Source: Kudoa neothunni
Lineage: Eukaryota > Animalia > Cnidaria
Direction of reading: 5' to 3'
Assembly: GCA_964304625.1 (NCBI GenBank)
Contig: OZ199839.1
Location: 1,738,093-1,802,092, forward strand
Length of the DNA stretch: 64,000 nucleotides
The notes under the pieces were generated by a model. That model was not told the DNA's origin and ran no database searches. It saw nothing but the letters and a program-made list of their open reading frames with translations. Positions 62,684-64,000 of the stretch are shown here, one piece after another; within the stretch, counting starts at the first letter, position 1; the number at the start of each line of letters is the position of its first letter. The position numbers and the translations under genes are program-made.

Positions 62684-64000
62684 TAGTGGTTCCCAACCTT
62701 TCATACCTCATCGAACCCATAAAGATCTTACGAAATCCCTATCGAACCCCTCCGTGTTATGGATGGCATGTTTTTTCCGTCATCTTATAAAGTCATCAGT
62801 CCATTTAGTTTAAAAGTGATAAATCCATTTTTATGTTCTATTTATCTAAAGTTTCAAAAATGTATTGTTTATAGGTGATGAGACAACTTTTTTACATGTA
62901 TATGAGCAAGCGTGTATCAAAGATTATTTATAAATTACGTTTGTTTAAGAAAACTTTCCTTTTAATTTCCCGACAATTTTTTTTATTAATATAAAAAAGA
63001 TAAACTCTGGATCGAATCAAAGTGATAAGTTTTAAAATATTTATCACAGAATAAAAAATTTGATTAAACGGTAGTTTTATTCCAGATGGACAGAATCGTT
63101 TTCCCATATCTAAAATTCAAATTATGAAAAAAATTGATTCATGAATCGATATTAAGGCAGATGTTTATACTATTGCAAGTCGTTCACCAAGTGTCGTGAT
63201 TTTCTGTGTTAAAAATTTCTTGCCAAAGTTTCGTTAAACGAAAGATCAGAAAAGATTAATGTCTATATTTATTTATTAGACACAATTATTTACCATTTTT
63301 TTAATAGAACTAATGTATGTATATCAGAATATCTAATTTAAATATAAAATTCCATAGTGAAATTTGATTTGAAATTACAATTTTTGTTTAATTAAATAAT
63401 CAAAGTTTTGCCTTTTTATGTTTGTTAACAATTTTAAATCTGTGCAACCCCTATAAAACAAAATATAATATTAAAATTTGGAAAGTTACCTATGATTTTC
63501 TCATTACAGCAAATAAAAACTAATGTGTAATTCGCTTCTGTTTTTCATTAATTATTTTTGAAATTCTAGGTTCAATTTTCGCTAACGCTATTCCCATGCC
63601 ATCACCACATTCAAGCCTGTTTCGTTTCTTTGGTTTAATATCCAATAAAGCCGAGAATGATTGTTCACACAGATATGTTGACACAAATGGAATGATTAGG
63701 TTAAGGCAGTATTTGCAATCAATGGGTAATTTGTTGTTTTGTTACACCAAAAATTGGATAATGTTGAAGTACTGAATAATTGTTGTTGCAGTTTGTTTTG
63801 TTGTAAACTAATCAATCCATCCAAATATATATCATTCACATCAGCTGATGATACTGAAAGTAGAAATGGTTGTCTTACCCATGTTGGATATGATATGCCC
63901 TTCGGAAAATGTCTTTCATGTTATCGAGTAAAGAAACATCTGCGAGCCCATCGATATCTTCAAAATTACTTATGCAATCATCCAACGAAGGAAAATTTGC
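62684..64000 (-). mobile_element. hAT (Charlie/Buster-type) transposon, 3' part, runs off window
   Basis: TIR TAGTGGTTCCCAACCTTT after ATCTAAAC (NTCTAGAN-like target). 63550-63780 reads NFW...YPLIANTAL..IIPFVSTYLCEQSFSALLDIKPKKRNRL..MGIALAKIEPR. Confidence 0.88.

Overview
AT-rich eukaryotic (animal) genomic DNA with mostly 40-70 bp spliceosomal introns and strongly diverged proteins. This is compatible with a reduced parasitic metazoan such as a myxozoan, but the taxon is inference only. Seven host genes were reconstructed by reading across exons: a highly divergent integrin beta subunit (-), an importin-4/5-like karyopherin (-), tandem MOCS1B/MoaC and MOCS1A/MoaA (-), a short MAU2/Scc4-like TPR gene (+), PUS10 (-) and POLR3B/RPC2 (+, with an apparent 1-bp deletion near the 3' end). 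Roughly half of the window is cut-and-paste DNA transposons (piggyBac, Tigger/pogo, MULE, hAT, Merlin and MITEs), often nested and often inside introns. No retroelement ORFs were seen. One piggyBac has an intact ORF with TIRs and TTAA TSDs and interrupts a Tigger transposase. The most interesting items are the integrin beta with degenerate MIDAS, shortened leg and no NPxY tail, the apparently uncoupled MOCS1A/MOCS1B pair, a recurrent GCGC/ATGCGC motif upstream of start codons, and a strong minus-strand bias of transposases. All family assignments come from recalled motifs, not database searches, and exon boundaries were read by eye.
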